Below, piece after piece: positions 47,575-57,790 of a DNA stretch of 64,000 bases. Within the stretch, counting starts at the first letter, position 1. Every line of letters starts with the position of its first letter. Under the pieces are notes generated by a model. That model was not told the DNA's origin. It saw only the letters and a list, made by a program, of their open reading frames with translations, and did not search any database. A program made the position numbers and the translations under genes. Source of the stretch: Thermoanaerobaculia bacterium (GTDB lineage: Bacteria; Acidobacteriota; Thermoanaerobaculia; Multivoradales; Multivoraceae); assembly GCA_963666565.1 (NCBI GenBank), contig OY762911.1, positions 1,536,001 to 1,600,000 on the forward strand, read 5' to 3'.

Positions 47575-49760
47575 CGCCCCCTCCAGCCCGCCACCGTCGC
47601 CACCGCAAGCCGCCACAGCCCACGGAACGCCTCGCCGCGACCCCGAGCCCGCCGCGGACACCGAAGCGGCAACGCCACGATGCGGAGCAACGCCGCCGCC
47701 GCGAGCACCGCGCGCAGCAGCAGCGCCGCGGCGGCGCCGTGGTGCTTGCGGGCGTAGCGATCCAGGTTGCGGTAGTACGCGGCCAGGAACCCGCCGTAGC
47801 CCAGCCGCGGCACCGAGGCGCCGAGCCCGTGTACGAAGACGGCCTCCGGCCAGTACAGCACCTGTTCCCCCCGGTCGGCGAGGCGACGCGCCAGGTCGAC
47901 GTCCTCGAACCAGGCGGGCCAGAAGCGTTCGTCCATGCCGCCCGCATTCTCGAACGCGGCGCGTCGCAGCAGCAGCGCGCAGGCCGCCGGCTGTTCGACC
48001 GGCGCGCCGGGCGCCGGCTCCGGTTCCGGCTTGGGTTCGACGAAGCAGCAGTAACCGATCAACGACCGCAGGGTCGGCAGCCGGCGAAGCTGCCAGGCGG
48101 CCTGGGCCGCGCCGTCCGCGCCGAGCAGACGGGGCGCAAGGCCGGCGGCGCCGGGCCGTTGTTCCATGCCCTGGACCAGCGCTTCGAGGGCGCCCGGCAG
48201 GGGAAGGGCGTCCGTGTTCAGGATGAGGAGCAGGTCGCCGCGGGCTTGGGCCGCGCCGCGGTTGACCGCCGCGGCGAATCCGAGGTTGCGGCCGGGCGCC
48301 AGCACGTGGATGTTCGGCGGCTCCGCCGCTTGTCCGTTCATGTTCGGGCGGCTGGCCGCCAGGTCGCTCAGGTCGCCGTCCGAGCCGTTGTCGACGACGA
48401 TCAGCTCGAAGCGCGCGTTGGCGGGCCAGTCCCGCACGAGGGCCGCGAGGTTCTCCTCGTCATGCCAATGCGGCGCCACTGCGCTGAGGACCACTGAGTC
48501 AGCGTCGGTCTCAAGAAGAGGTTGCAGACTGCCGCCTTCGGCGGCAGCCGGCGGGGACGCCGGCGCACCCAGTGAGGGTCGGCCGAGGTGGGCGAACCGG
48601 GGCAGCAGTCGCGCTGCCCGGCCCCAGGCGTGCAGGAGATCGACGATGCCCGGTGGCGTCAGGTCGCCGGGCCGCGGTGCGGTCTTCGGTCGCCTCAGCG
48701 CGTCGGCAACGTCCCGTGCTCCCGGTCGCCTCAGCGCGTCAGCGGCATCCCGCCCGAGCAGAACGGGCAGGCGTGGCCAGAAACCGCGGCCGAGGCGCCG
48801 GGCGAGGACGAGCAGTCGATTCGCGTAGACGAGCCGCGTCCTGCGCCGGGCGGCTCTTGGACTCCGGCTGGACAGCGCTCCGGCGTGTTCCGCGCGGGCG
48901 GCCGGGACCAGCAGAACCCGGTAGCCGGCCGCGTACAGGCGGTCGGCGAGTTCGACGTCTTCGTAGTAGCTGTCGAGCCGCTCGTCGAACGGCCGAAGCG
49001 GGTTGTCGGCGCCGCTTACGCCGCTGACCTGGGCAAGCGCGTCGCGGCGGTAGATCGCCGCCGTCGCCGACACGCCGTACACCTCTTTTCCCACATCGTC
49101 ACACGCCGGGTGCGGCGACTCCTCCCGCACCCAGTGTGTGGCCCATTCGTCCAACGGTTCTCCGTGCCCGAGTTGAACCGCTTGCCAGCGCCGGTTCCAT
49201 GCCAGCCCGGTGCCGTCGACCCGCGCATCTGTGCCGTCGCCGCCACCCTCGTCGGCGCTACCGTTGCCGCCCTCGCGGCCGGGCATCACGTTGATCCCCT
49301 GCACTGCGGCCACCCGCCGGCCGCCGTTTCCCGCAGCCGCCAGGAGCCGCCGCGTCCAAACAGGTTCCAGCACCACGTCGTCGTTCACCAGGGCGATCCA
49401 GTCCCCGCCGCTGGCCGCGATGCCCTCGTTGGCGGCGCGGGCGAATCCGACGGGCCGCGGCAGCTCGACGATCCGCGGCGGTCCCCCGACCGCCCCCGGC
49501 CGCTTCGACTCCAGCCCCCGGCACAGCTCGCGCACCTCCGCCGGCCCGTCCGCGAGCACCTCCGCAGGCGCGCCGACCATCCCCTCCGCGTGCCCGCCGG
49601 ACGGCGCCTGCCACACGAGGACCAGTTCGCACGGCATCCCTACCTCCGCGGCGTCCCGGTAGATCGACGTCAGGCACTTCGCCAGGTGCTCCGAGACGCC
49701 GATCGTCGGCACGACGTACGACAGCGAGGGCGTCGCCCCTTCCCTGGACGGCCCGGTCAA
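47571..49760 (-). CDS. Tandem GT2 + GT2 glycosyltransferase
   Basis: Two sets of motifs: [20 protein letters not shown] and [20 protein letters not shown]. Confidence 0.82.
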   Translation of the reverse strand: MTGPSREGATPSLSYVVPTIGVSEHLAKCLTSIYRDAAEVGMPCELVLVWQAPSGGHAEGMVGAPAEVLADGPAEVRELCRGLESKRPGAVGGPPRIVELPRPVGFARAANEGIAASGGDWIALVNDDVVLEPVWTRRLLAAAGNGGRRVAAVQGINVMPGREGGNGSADEGGGDGTDARVDGTGLAWNRRWQAVQLGHGEPLDEWATHWVREESPHPACDDVGKEVYGVSATAAIYRRDALAQVSGVSGADNPLRPFDERLDSYYEDVELADRLYAAGYRVLLVPAARAEHAGALSSRSPRAARRRTRLVYANRLLVLARRLGRGFWPRLPVLLGRDAADALRRPGARDVADALRRPKTAPRPGDLTPPGIVDLLHAWGRAARLLPRFAHLGRPSLGAPASPPAAAEGGSLQPLLETDADSVVLSAVAPHWHDEENLAALVRDWPANARFELIVVDNGSDGDLSDLAASRPNMNGQAAEPPNIHVLAPGRNLGFAAAVNRGAAQARGDLLLILNTDALPLPGALEALVQGMEQRPGAAGLAPRLLGADGAAQAAWQLRRLPTLRSLIGYCCFVEPKPEPEPAPGAPVEQPAACALLLRRAAFENAGGMDERFWPAWFEDVDLARRLADRGEQVLYWPEAVFVHGLGASVPRLGYGGFLAAYYRNLDRYARKHHGAAAALLLRAVLAAAALLRIVALPLRCPRRARGRGEAFRGLWRLAVATVAGWRGR

Positions 49761-51676
49761 GCGTCGGGTCTGCCGAGTTGAAGGGCGAAGAACAGCGTTA
49801 CCTCCACCTGCTCCGGCAACCCGGGGTCACGCACCACGACCAGGTCGCCCCGCCCGCAGAATGGCGCCAGGCCCACCTCCGTCCGGTAGCGGGCGCCGAA
49901 GAACGGTCCGTCGTCGCCGGCGGCGACCCAGTGCAGCCAGGGCCGCCGGCCGGCCAGGTCGCCGCTCCGGCGCGCGGCCCACTCGCCAGTGTGCTCGCCA
50001 TACCGGAGGGCGGCGGCTTCCGGCCCGCCCGCGCCGCCCGCGTCCGCACGTGCCTCGGGCCGGCCGGCGGCGCCCGCGCTCGCACCGCCGCCCACGCCTG
50101 CGCCGACGCCAACCCACGCCACCGCCTGCCCAGCCGCGAGCCCACCGCCGTTGGCCACCGCCGTGTCCAGCACCAGCGTCCCGCAACCGCCACCCGGCGC
50201 CCTCCACCGGGGGTTCTCCGCAGTCAGCACCACCCGCGGCGAATCGAGCAGCGTCCGGCGCGGCTGGAACGCATGCCACCCGCCGAGCGCCGCCGTCGTC
50301 AGCAGGACGGCGGCCAACGCCAGCACGAGCACCCGCGGCGCCGGCGTCCTCCGCACCAGCGCCGCCGATCCGTGAGCCAGCACCAGAACGCCGCCCAGCG
50401 CGAACCAGTGCTCCAGCCCGCCGCCGACACCGAACGCCCGCAGCCGGTCCTCCAGATGCGCCGCCTGCAGCCACGGGTACGTCGCCGACAGCGTCGCGAA
50501 CGCAAGCAGCCCCCCCTGCAGGCAGTAGCCGAACACGGCCGCGTCGCCGCGGAGCGCCAGGCCGCGCCAGAGCCCGACCGCCGTCGGCGGACCGCCGCCC
50601 GGCATCCCGTCCTCCTCCTTCGCGGAGAGCACCGTCCACAGCGCGATTCCCGCAAGCAGCGCCTGCTGCGGCGGCAGGAACCGCAACCCGCCGAGGGTCA
50701 GCAGCACCGCCGCCGCCACTGTGTGCAGCCCTCCCCGTCCGATCAGGCTGGGCGCCGCGATGAGCGCCAGCGGCAGACCGGCCAGCACCTCCGGCCAGGG
50801 CGCGCCCGCCTCCAGCGGCCGCCACAACGTCAACGCTCCGGCCGCCACGAGGACGATGGCGAACGCGAACCGCCGCCAGACGACCGCCGCCGCCATCGCG
50901 GCCAACAGCACACCGAACGCCGGCTCGCGCACGAGCACGAAGCCCAGCACGGCGGCGAGCACCGCACCCGCGGCGCCCGCCCCCAGCGGCCACCGCTGTT
51001 CCAGCGCTCGCGCCACCGCATCGGCGCAGGCTGCCGCCGCCAGCACCAGGACCACGTTCGAGCGGACGCCGCCAGCGGCCAGAAGCAACGCCGCCGTCCC
51101 GGCAAGCGCCGGCGCGCCGAACCGCGCGAACAGCACCAGCACGACCGCCGCCGCCGCGGCCGGCACCGCCGCCAGGACCACCATCAGCCTCAGCGCCGAA
51201 CCGTCGAGCAACTCCCCCTGCCGCAGCAGCAGGTTGAGCCCCACCAGCGCCGCCGCCAGCAACGCGCCCAGCCGCGGCAGCCGCGCCGGGTCCAGCGAGC
51301 CGGCCGCCGCGAGCAGCTCGGCACGCCTGGCGATCATGCTGTCCACCAGCAACGCCGCCGGGCCGAGGCACAGCAGCGCCCCCATCGCCGCGCCGCGCGC
51401 CGGACCGCCCGGCGGGATGGCCGCGAAGGCGACGACCGCCAGCACCGGCAGCGCCAGCGCCGCCGGGCCGAACGGCCGCCGCGCCACGCCGGCCGCCGCC
51501 AGCAGCGCCGTCGTCGCCGCCAGGGCCAGGTAGCGTCCCTCGGCCGCCGCTTGGGCGTCGCGTTCCACGCCGGCCAGGGCGGACATGGCGAACCCCGCGA
51601 GCAGCGCCGGCAGGGCCGCGGCCCACGGCGGCGCCGCGGGCTCGGCGGTGGTCGAGGCGGGCTCGGCTTCGGTCAT
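49757..51676 (-). CDS. Large polytopic membrane protein of unknown function
   Basis: Many Ala/Leu-rich TM segments and a soluble C-terminus; stop overlaps the start of the GT2-GT2 gene. Confidence 0.65.
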   Translation of the reverse strand: MTEAEPASTTAEPAAPPWAAALPALLAGFAMSALAGVERDAQAAAEGRYLALAATTALLAAAGVARRPFGPAALALPVLAVVAFAAIPPGGPARGAAMGALLCLGPAALLVDSMIARRAELLAAAGSLDPARLPRLGALLAAALVGLNLLLRQGELLDGSALRLMVVLAAVPAAAAAVVLVLFARFGAPALAGTAALLLAAGGVRSNVVLVLAAAACADAVARALEQRWPLGAGAAGAVLAAVLGFVLVREPAFGVLLAAMAAAVVWRRFAFAIVLVAAGALTLWRPLEAGAPWPEVLAGLPLALIAAPSLIGRGGLHTVAAAVLLTLGGLRFLPPQQALLAGIALWTVLSAKEEDGMPGGGPPTAVGLWRGLALRGDAAVFGYCLQGGLLAFATLSATYPWLQAAHLEDRLRAFGVGGGLEHWFALGGVLVLAHGSAALVRRTPAPRVLVLALAAVLLTTAALGGWHAFQPRRTLLDSPRVVLTAENPRWRAPGGGCGTLVLDTAVANGGGLAAGQAVAWVGVGAGVGGGASAGAAGRPEARADAGGAGGPEAAALRYGEHTGEWAARRSGDLAGRRPWLHWVAAGDDGPFFGARYRTEVGLAPFCGRGDLVVVRDPGLPEQVEVTLFFALQLGRPDA

Positions 51677-51727
51677 CTGTCGGCGATCCTTGCCCTCGCG
51701 GGCGAACGTTGGAAGACTGCCACGGCC

Positions 51728-53020
51728 ATGTTGCCCCGAGAACTGCTCAGAAGCGAACCCGAGCGCGTTGCCGCGGCGGTCGAAGCGCGAGGCGTCGACC
51801 CCGCGCTGGTCGACCGGTGGGCGGCCTGCGACCGCCGCCGCCGCGAGGCGCTCGCCGAACTCGAGGCTCTCCGGCACCGCCGGCGGCTGGCCGGCCGGGA
51901 GATCGGCAGGCTGAAGGCTCAGGGCGAGGCGAAGAAGGAAGAGGCCGAGCGCCTGATCCGGGAGATGACCGGGCTCAAGGGCCGCATCGACGCCCTCGAG
52001 GAAGCCGTCGAGAAGGCCGAAGCGGAACTGACGGAGACCGAGCTCCAGGTGCCGAACGTCGCCCACGAATCGGTGCCAGTCGGCGCCGACGAGTCGGCCA
52101 ACCGGGTGGAGCGGCTCGTCGGGGAACCGCCCCGGTTCGACTTCGAGCCGAAGAACCACTGGGACATCGGCCCCGAACTCGGGATTCTCGACTTCGAGCG
52201 CGGCGCCAAGCTGGCCGGCGCCCGCTTCGTGACGTACTTCGGCTGGGGCGCGCGCCTGGAGCGGGCGCTCGCCGCCTTCATGCTCGACCTGCACACCGAG
52301 GAGCACGGCTACACGGAGGTGCTGCCGCCGTTCCTCGTGAAGCGGGAGTGCCTCTTCGGCAGCGGTCAACTCCCGAAGTTCGAGGAAGAGGTGTTCCACG
52401 TTCAGCCCGGCGCGCGCTACCTGATCCCCACCAGCGAGGTGCCCCTGGTCAACCTCCATGCCGACGAAGTCCTCGACGAGGAGCAGTTGCCGCTTCGGTA
52501 CGCCGCGTTCACGCCCTGCTTCCGGGCGGAGGCCGGGTCCTACGGCCGCGACGTCCGCGGGCTCATCCGCCAGCACCAGTTCCAGAAGGTGGAGCTCGTG
52601 CAGGTGACGACGCCCGAGGACAGCCACGAGGCGCTGGAGCGCCTGACGGCCCACGCCGAAAAGGTGCTGCAGCGGCTGGAACTGCCCTACCGGGTCGTCA
52701 CTCTCTGCACCGGCGACATGGGCTTCGCCATGACGAAGACCTACGACCTGGAAGTCTGGCTGCCGGGGCAGGCGACGTACCGGGAGATCTCCTCCTGCAG
52801 CAACGCGGGAGCGTTCCAGGCGCGGCGGGTGCGTACCCGTTACCGGCCGAGGGGCGGCGGCGGCCCGCGCCACGTCCACACCCTGAACGGCTCCGGCCTG
52901 GCCGTCGGCAGGACGCTCATCGCGCTGCTGGAGAACGGCCAGACGGCGTCCGGCGCCGTGCGCATCCCCGAGGCGCTCCGCCCCTACGTGGGCGGCGCCA
53001 CCGAGATCGTGTCAGGCTAG
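51728..53020 (+). CDS. serS: Serine--tRNA ligase
   Basis: Motifs [54 protein letters not shown]. Confidence 0.97.
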   Translation: MLPRELLRSEPERVAAAVEARGVDPALVDRWAACDRRRREALAELEALRHRRRLAGREIGRLKAQGEAKKEEAERLIREMTGLKGRIDALEEAVEKAEAELTETELQVPNVAHESVPVGADESANRVERLVGEPPRFDFEPKNHWDIGPELGILDFERGAKLAGARFVTYFGWGARLERALAAFMLDLHTEEHGYTEVLPPFLVKRECLFGSGQLPKFEEEVFHVQPGARYLIPTSEVPLVNLHADEVLDEEQLPLRYAAFTPCFRAEAGSYGRDVRGLIRQHQFQKVELVQVTTPEDSHEALERLTAHAEKVLQRLELPYRVVTLCTGDMGFAMTKTYDLEVWLPGQATYREISSCSNAGAFQARRVRTRYRPRGGGGPRHVHTLNGSGLAVGRTLIALLENGQTASGAVRIPEALRPYVGGATEIVSG

Positions 53021-53038
53021 CGGTTTCGCCGGCCCTCC

Positions 53039-53129
53039 GGAGGGGTGGCTGAGTGGTCGAAAGCACCGGTCTTGAAAACCGGCGTGGGTTCACCGCCTAC
53101 CGTGGGTTCGAATCCCACCCCCTCCGCCA
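53039..53129 (+). tRNA. tRNA-Ser(TGA)
   Basis: GGAGGGG/CCCCTCC acceptor stem, arm CCGGT-CT-TGA-AA-ACCGG, long variable arm, G73, CCA encoded. Confidence 0.96.
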
Positions 53130-53426
53130 CGGGGTCCAGCGGCGACCGTTGAGCACCGGTCTTGGCGTGTTCCCGCGTCGGCGTGGGTTCTTCGCCCACC
53201 GTGGGTTCGAATCCCACCCCCTCCGCCACGGGGTCCAGCGGCGACCGTTGAGCACCGGTCTTGGCGTGTTCCCGGGTCGGCGTGGGTTCACCGCCCACCG
53301 TGGGTTCGAATCCCACCCCCTCCGCCACGGGGTCCAGCGGCGACCGTTGAGCACCGGTCTTGGCGTGTTCCCGGGTCGGCGTGGGTTCTTCGCCCACCGT
53401 GGGTTCGAATCCCACCCCCTCCGCCA
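53130..53426 (+). repeat. Three tandem 99-bp tRNA-Ser-derived units
   Basis: Units end in CCCCTCCGCCA at 53228, 53327 and 53426. Each retains the variable arm and T arm. Confidence 0.95.
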
Positions 53427-53543
53427 CAGTGGCCGGCGGCCTTCTCATCTTGGCTGCGTGGCTCCGCGGCGCCGCCCGTGGGCGGGTCAGAAGGCCCGCG
53501 CACCCAGCCGAGGGTCTCCAGCATCCTGGAGGAGTGGTGAGCG

Positions 53544-54503
53544 ATGAAGATCAAGGCGTTACAGTACGATGCACTACTACGAGGAGCCGCCGTGCCCCAG
53601 ACTCCGACCGATGCTTGGCAGGCCGAGGTTCGCGCCGAACTCGCCAACCTCGAGGAGATCGCCCTGGCGACGAAGCCGGAACCCGGCGATCTCCCGAACC
53701 TGCGCGGCGTGGACGTCTACGGGATCTCCAAGCCGCTGTACCAGGCGATCGGCGGCGACCATCTGATCTACCTCGACTTCAAGCAGCGGTACGACCTGGA
53801 CCGGCGTCTGCTTGAGGCGGAAGCAGTGGGGCGGTCGGAGGTCGTGGCGGGCCTGCGGAAGTGCCGGCAGCGGGCCGGCGTCCTGGTGGCCGACGTGTCC
53901 GGGCACAAGATGACGGACGCCCTGGTCGCGGCCATGCTCCACCAGGCCTTCCTCCTCGGTGCGTACTACGAGCTGGACCGCTTCGGCGAGATCACGACGA
54001 AGCTCTTCGAGCACATCAATCAGCGTTTCTACAAGTCGACCACGCTGAACAAGTACCTGACCATGCTCTACGGCGAGGTCTCGGAGCAGGGGAAGTTCCG
54101 GTTCGTTTCGGCGGGGCACCCGGCGCCGCTCCTGTTCGCGGGGCGTCCCGGCCGCATCGAGCATCTGCCCGAAGAGCAGATGGTGCGGTTCCCGCCGGTG
54201 GGCATGTTCGCCTCGAACGCCGACGCGGACGAGCGGGTCGACCCCGGGCCGCTCGGCTACAAGCGCCCTTACGAGGTCAACGAGGTGGAACTGCTGGAGG
54301 CCGGCGACCTGCTGCTGCTGTACACCGACGGCTTCGCCGAGCACGGCGAGGAGCGGTACCTCGAAGAGCGCGTCGAGGGGTTGCTGGAAGCGGTCCGCGG
54401 CGAGACGGCGAAGGAGATCTGCGAGCGGCTCTGGGCGGACCTGGAGGAGTTTGCGGCGCCGGAGGACGATGTGACGCTTGTGGTGGTGAAGAAGACGGAG
54501 TAG
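53544..54503 (+). CDS. SpoIIE/PP2C-type Ser/Thr phosphatase (no sensor domain)
   Basis: Motifs IGGD, VADVSGH, SAGHP, LYTDG, DDVT. Confidence 0.88.
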   Translation: MKIKALQYDALLRGAAVPQTPTDAWQAEVRAELANLEEIALATKPEPGDLPNLRGVDVYGISKPLYQAIGGDHLIYLDFKQRYDLDRRLLEAEAVGRSEVVAGLRKCRQRAGVLVADVSGHKMTDALVAAMLHQAFLLGAYYELDRFGEITTKLFEHINQRFYKSTTLNKYLTMLYGEVSEQGKFRFVSAGHPAPLLFAGRPGRIEHLPEEQMVRFPPVGMFASNADADERVDPGPLGYKRPYEVNEVELLEAGDLLLLYTDGFAEHGEERYLEERVEGLLEAVRGETAKEICERLWADLEEFAAPEDDVTLVVVKKTE

Positions 54504-54584
54504 GGGGGGCAGGGACAAGGAGAGGCCTTTCGGCTCGGAGGACGCTGCCGTTCTGCTACCGTAACTGCCAGATCGGCAGCAGAA

Positions 54585-55742
54585 ATGGCATCTCTAGCGC
54601 GATTCTTCCAGCCTCCCGAGGCGAGCCACTTCCTGTTCGGCCCCAGAGGGACCGGCAAGTCGACGTTCCTGCGAGAGACGTTCGAAGACGCCCTCTGGCT
54701 CGACCTGCTGCGGCCGGAGGTGGAGCAGCGGTTCGCCGCCCGGCCGGACCGGCTCCGCGAGCTCGTCGACGGCGAGCCGGATGCCGAAGTCGTCGTCATC
54801 GACGAGGTGCAGAAGGTCCCGGCGCTGCTCGACGTCGTTCACCACCTGATCGAACGGCGCGGCCGGCGCGCCGCTCCGCGGTTCGTGCTGACGGGTTCCT
54901 CGGCCCGCAAGCTGAGGAGCGCCGGCGTCAATCTGCTGGCGGGCCGGCTGCTGCTCACGCGGTTGCATCCGTTCATGGCGGCGGAGTTGCCCTCGTTCGA
55001 CCTCGCGCTCGCCCTTCGCCGCGGCCTGTTGCCGGTCGTGTGGGACGCGGACACGCCGGACGCGACGCTGGCGTCCTACGTGGCACTGTACGTGCGGGAG
55101 GAGGTTCAGACCGAGGGCCTGGTTCGCCGGCTGGACGACTTCGCACGCTTCGTCGAAGTGGTCTCGTTCTCCCACGGCTCGGTGTTGAACGTCTCCGAAG
55201 TGGCCCGGGAAGTCCACGCGAGCCGAAAGACGGTCGAGTCCTACATCGGGATCCTCGAGGACCTCTACCTGGCCTTCCGGCTCCCGGTGTTCAGGAGGCG
55301 GCAGAAACGCCAGTTGACGGCCCATCCGAAGTTCTACTGGTTCGATGCCGGCGTCTTCCGGTCGGTTCGTCCGGCCGGTCCGCTCGACCGCCCGGAGGAG
55401 ATCGAGGGAGGCGCCCTCGAAGGGTTGGTTGCCCAGCACCTGCGCGCATGGATCGACTACTCCGGCTCGAACGCCAGCCTTTCCTTCTGGCGCACGAAGT
55501 CGGGTAACGAGGTGGACTTCGTCGTGTACGGGGAGGAAGGCCTGTGGGCCTTCGAGGTGCAGAACAGCACCACCGTGCGCGGGCGCGACCTACGGGGGCT
55601 GCGCGCTTTCCTCGAGGACTACCCGGAGGCTCGGGCGCGCCTGCTGTACCGGGGCGAAGAGCGCCTCGGCATCGACGGCATCCGCTGCGAGCCGTGTGAG
55701 GCGTACCTGGCGGCGATCAGCCCGGGGCGGCCGCTTGGCTGA
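54585..55742 (+). CDS. AAA+ ATPase with DUF4143-like C-terminus
   Basis: Motifs GPRGTGKST, IDEVQK, TGSSARKL, KFYWFDAG, FWRTKSGNEVDFV. Confidence 0.88.
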   Translation: MASLARFFQPPEASHFLFGPRGTGKSTFLRETFEDALWLDLLRPEVEQRFAARPDRLRELVDGEPDAEVVVIDEVQKVPALLDVVHHLIERRGRRAAPRFVLTGSSARKLRSAGVNLLAGRLLLTRLHPFMAAELPSFDLALALRRGLLPVVWDADTPDATLASYVALYVREEVQTEGLVRRLDDFARFVEVVSFSHGSVLNVSEVAREVHASRKTVESYIGILEDLYLAFRLPVFRRRQKRQLTAHPKFYWFDAGVFRSVRPAGPLDRPEEIEGGALEGLVAQHLRAWIDYSGSNASLSFWRTKSGNEVDFVVYGEEGLWAFEVQNSTTVRGRDLRGLRAFLEDYPEARARLLYRGEERLGIDGIRCEPCEAYLAAISPGRPLG

Positions 55743-55871
55743 TCCACACCGGATGCACCGGGGTGCCATCCCGCGGCCATGGGAGCGCGTGGAGGCCCAG
55801 GTCGAAGGGCTGCAACGAGTCCTGGGCGACGTGGAGCGGCAGTCTCAACTCACCAGCCAGCGCGGATGCCG

Positions 55872-57172
55872 TCATCGTCTTGCATCTCCCGCGGTCGTCT
55901 CTTCCTCTTCCGCCGTCTCAACCGGCGCCAGCTTCAGCAGCGCACCGTCCGTCTCGTCGGTGATCACGTAGATCAGGTCGTCGGGGCCCTGGCGAACGTC
56001 GCGGATGCGCTTGCCGATTTCCTTCAACAGCCACTCGCGGCCAAGTTCCTCGCCGGCCTCGCTGAAGATGAGCCGTTCGAGGTGCCCGGTGTTCGGCATC
56101 CGGCCCGTCATCAGCGCGCCGGCGAACAGGTTGCCCTTCCACTCGGGGAAGGCGTCGCCGGTGTAGAACATGAGCCCCGAGGCGCGATCGAGGGCAGCCA
56201 GAAGATCGCCGGCTCCTCCATGCCCTCGGCCCAGAAGCGCTCGGAGATGCGCACGCCGTTGTAGTGGCGGCCGTAGGAGACCACCGGCCAGCCGTAGTTC
56301 TTGCCGGCTTCGATGGCGTTCAACTCGTCGCCGCCCTGCGGGGCGTGCTCGGTGGTCCAGGGCTGGTTGGTTTCGGGGTGGAGAGCCAGGCCCATCTGAT
56401 TGCGGTGGCCCATCGAGTAGATCTCGGGCTTGTGCCCCTCCTTGCCGACGAAGGGGTTGTCGTCGGGCACGCTGCCGTCGAGGCGGAGGCGCAGCGTCTT
56501 GCCGGCGTGGCTGTTCGGGTCCTGGGCCAGCTTGGCGTGGCCGAAGAAGCTCTGGGTGCCGTCGACGAGGTCGGCGCCGAAGGCTCCGCCCATCGTCATG
56601 TACATGATGTCCTCGCCGGGCACGAAAGCGAGCCGCGCGGCGGCGATCGAGCCGCCCCAGGGCTCGGCGACGAACACGTCCTCGAGGTCGACGAGGGACA
56701 TCCCGTCGAGCTTGCCGCGGACCAGGGCGACGGTGCCCTCGCGGCCCGAAACCTGCCTCGTGTAGGTGAGGTAGACGTAGCCGTTGTCGGCGAAGTGCGG
56801 GTGGATGGCGACTTCCATCATGCCGGCGAGGCTGCGGGCGAGCACGTCGTCGGGAACGCCGGCGATGGGTTCGTCCACGAGCACGCCGTCCCGGACCAGG
56901 CGGAGCGCGCCCCGGCGCTCGGTGATCAGCATGTCGCCCCTGGGCAGGAACGCGAGGGACCACGGGCGGTTGATGCCGCGCGCGACGACGGAGACCTCCA
57001 CCTCGGGGATCAGGTGGGTGTTCATGATCCACGGCTCGTCGGGCAGTTCGACGCGTGGAATGCCGCTGCCTCCGCGGCCGTATCCGGCCTGCGCGACGGC
57101 CTGGCCGGCGATGGCGGCCGTCAGCAGTAGCGTGACGAGCGGAACGAGTCGCGCCTTGGTGAATGTGGTCAT
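55872..57172 (-). pseudogene. PQQ-dependent aldose sugar dehydrogenase (YliI-like), split by a 1-bp frameshift near 56181
   Basis: PWSLAFLP, GHRNQMG, EHAPQGGDELN, NYGWP...PSIAP in one frame; SGLMFYTGDAFPEWKGNLF...RIRDV in another. Confidence 0.8.
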
Positions 57173-57234
57173 CGTGAATCTCCTTTCAACTCCGGGTCGC
57201 TGCCTGGAGGAGAGGCCGAAGGCCGGCTCCGCTT

Positions 57235-57660
57235 CTACCCATCCGTTTCAACCTCTCCCGCCGCCTCCTCCGGCCACTCGGCCCCCTGCAGGATCCACAG
57301 CCGGATCGTCTCGATCTGCTCCTCGGTCAACTGGGTGCCGGCCTCGTACGGCGGCATCCGCATCTCCAGGAACTCCGAACTCACGCGGATGTAGAGCTCG
57401 CTGTCGTCCGGGTCGCCCGGGGCGATGTTGGGGAAGCCGCCGAGGTCCTTGAACGCCGCCTCCTTGATGTCGAGCCGCAGGTCCGCCTCGCGGCGCGACC
57501 TGTCCTCGCCGTGGCACTCGTAGCAGAACGCCTCCAGGATCGGCTGCACGTCCTTCAGGTAGTCGACCTTCTGCTCGTCCTGGCCGCCCGCGGGAGGCGC
57601 TCCGGCCGCGCCGGCGCACAACAGGGCCAGAGCCAGGAACAGTCGGGGAGGTGCGTTCAT
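57235..57660 (-). CDS. Exported monoheme cytochrome c (Planctomycete cytochrome C-like)
   Basis: Signal peptide; VQPILEAFCYECHG, LRLD, PGDPDDSEL, RMPP, WILQGA. Confidence 0.85.
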   Translation of the reverse strand: MNAPPRLFLALALLCAGAAGAPPAGGQDEQKVDYLKDVQPILEAFCYECHGEDRSRREADLRLDIKEAAFKDLGGFPNIAPGDPDDSELYIRVSSEFLEMRMPPYEAGTQLTEEQIETIRLWILQGAEWPEEAAGEVETDG

Positions 57661-57790
57661 GCCAGTTCTTCCCTTCAAGCCGAGAGACCCGCGCCGCCTT
57701 GGCGTTTCGGGCTCAAGGCCGGCAGCGGGTCTCGGCTACAGTGTAGCCGGTTTGTGGGCAGCGGCTCAGTATCGAAGACGGACGCGCAGC

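Noticed and set aside
53039-53129. Selenocysteine or opal-suppressor tRNA
   Set aside because: The anticodon is TGA (reads UCA, Ser), not TCA, and the acceptor stem is a normal 7 bp.
53130-53426. CRISPR array
   Set aside because: The units are near-identical throughout, have no unique spacers, derive from tRNA, and no cas genes are present.
53017-53547. ORFs with 33-aa repeats across the tRNA array
   Set aside because: They are a by-product of the 99-bp period and overlap a real tRNA.
55744-55870. Possible gene fragment (WERVEAQVEGLQRVLGDVERQ)
   Set aside because: Too short, no recognisable family, and no clear start.
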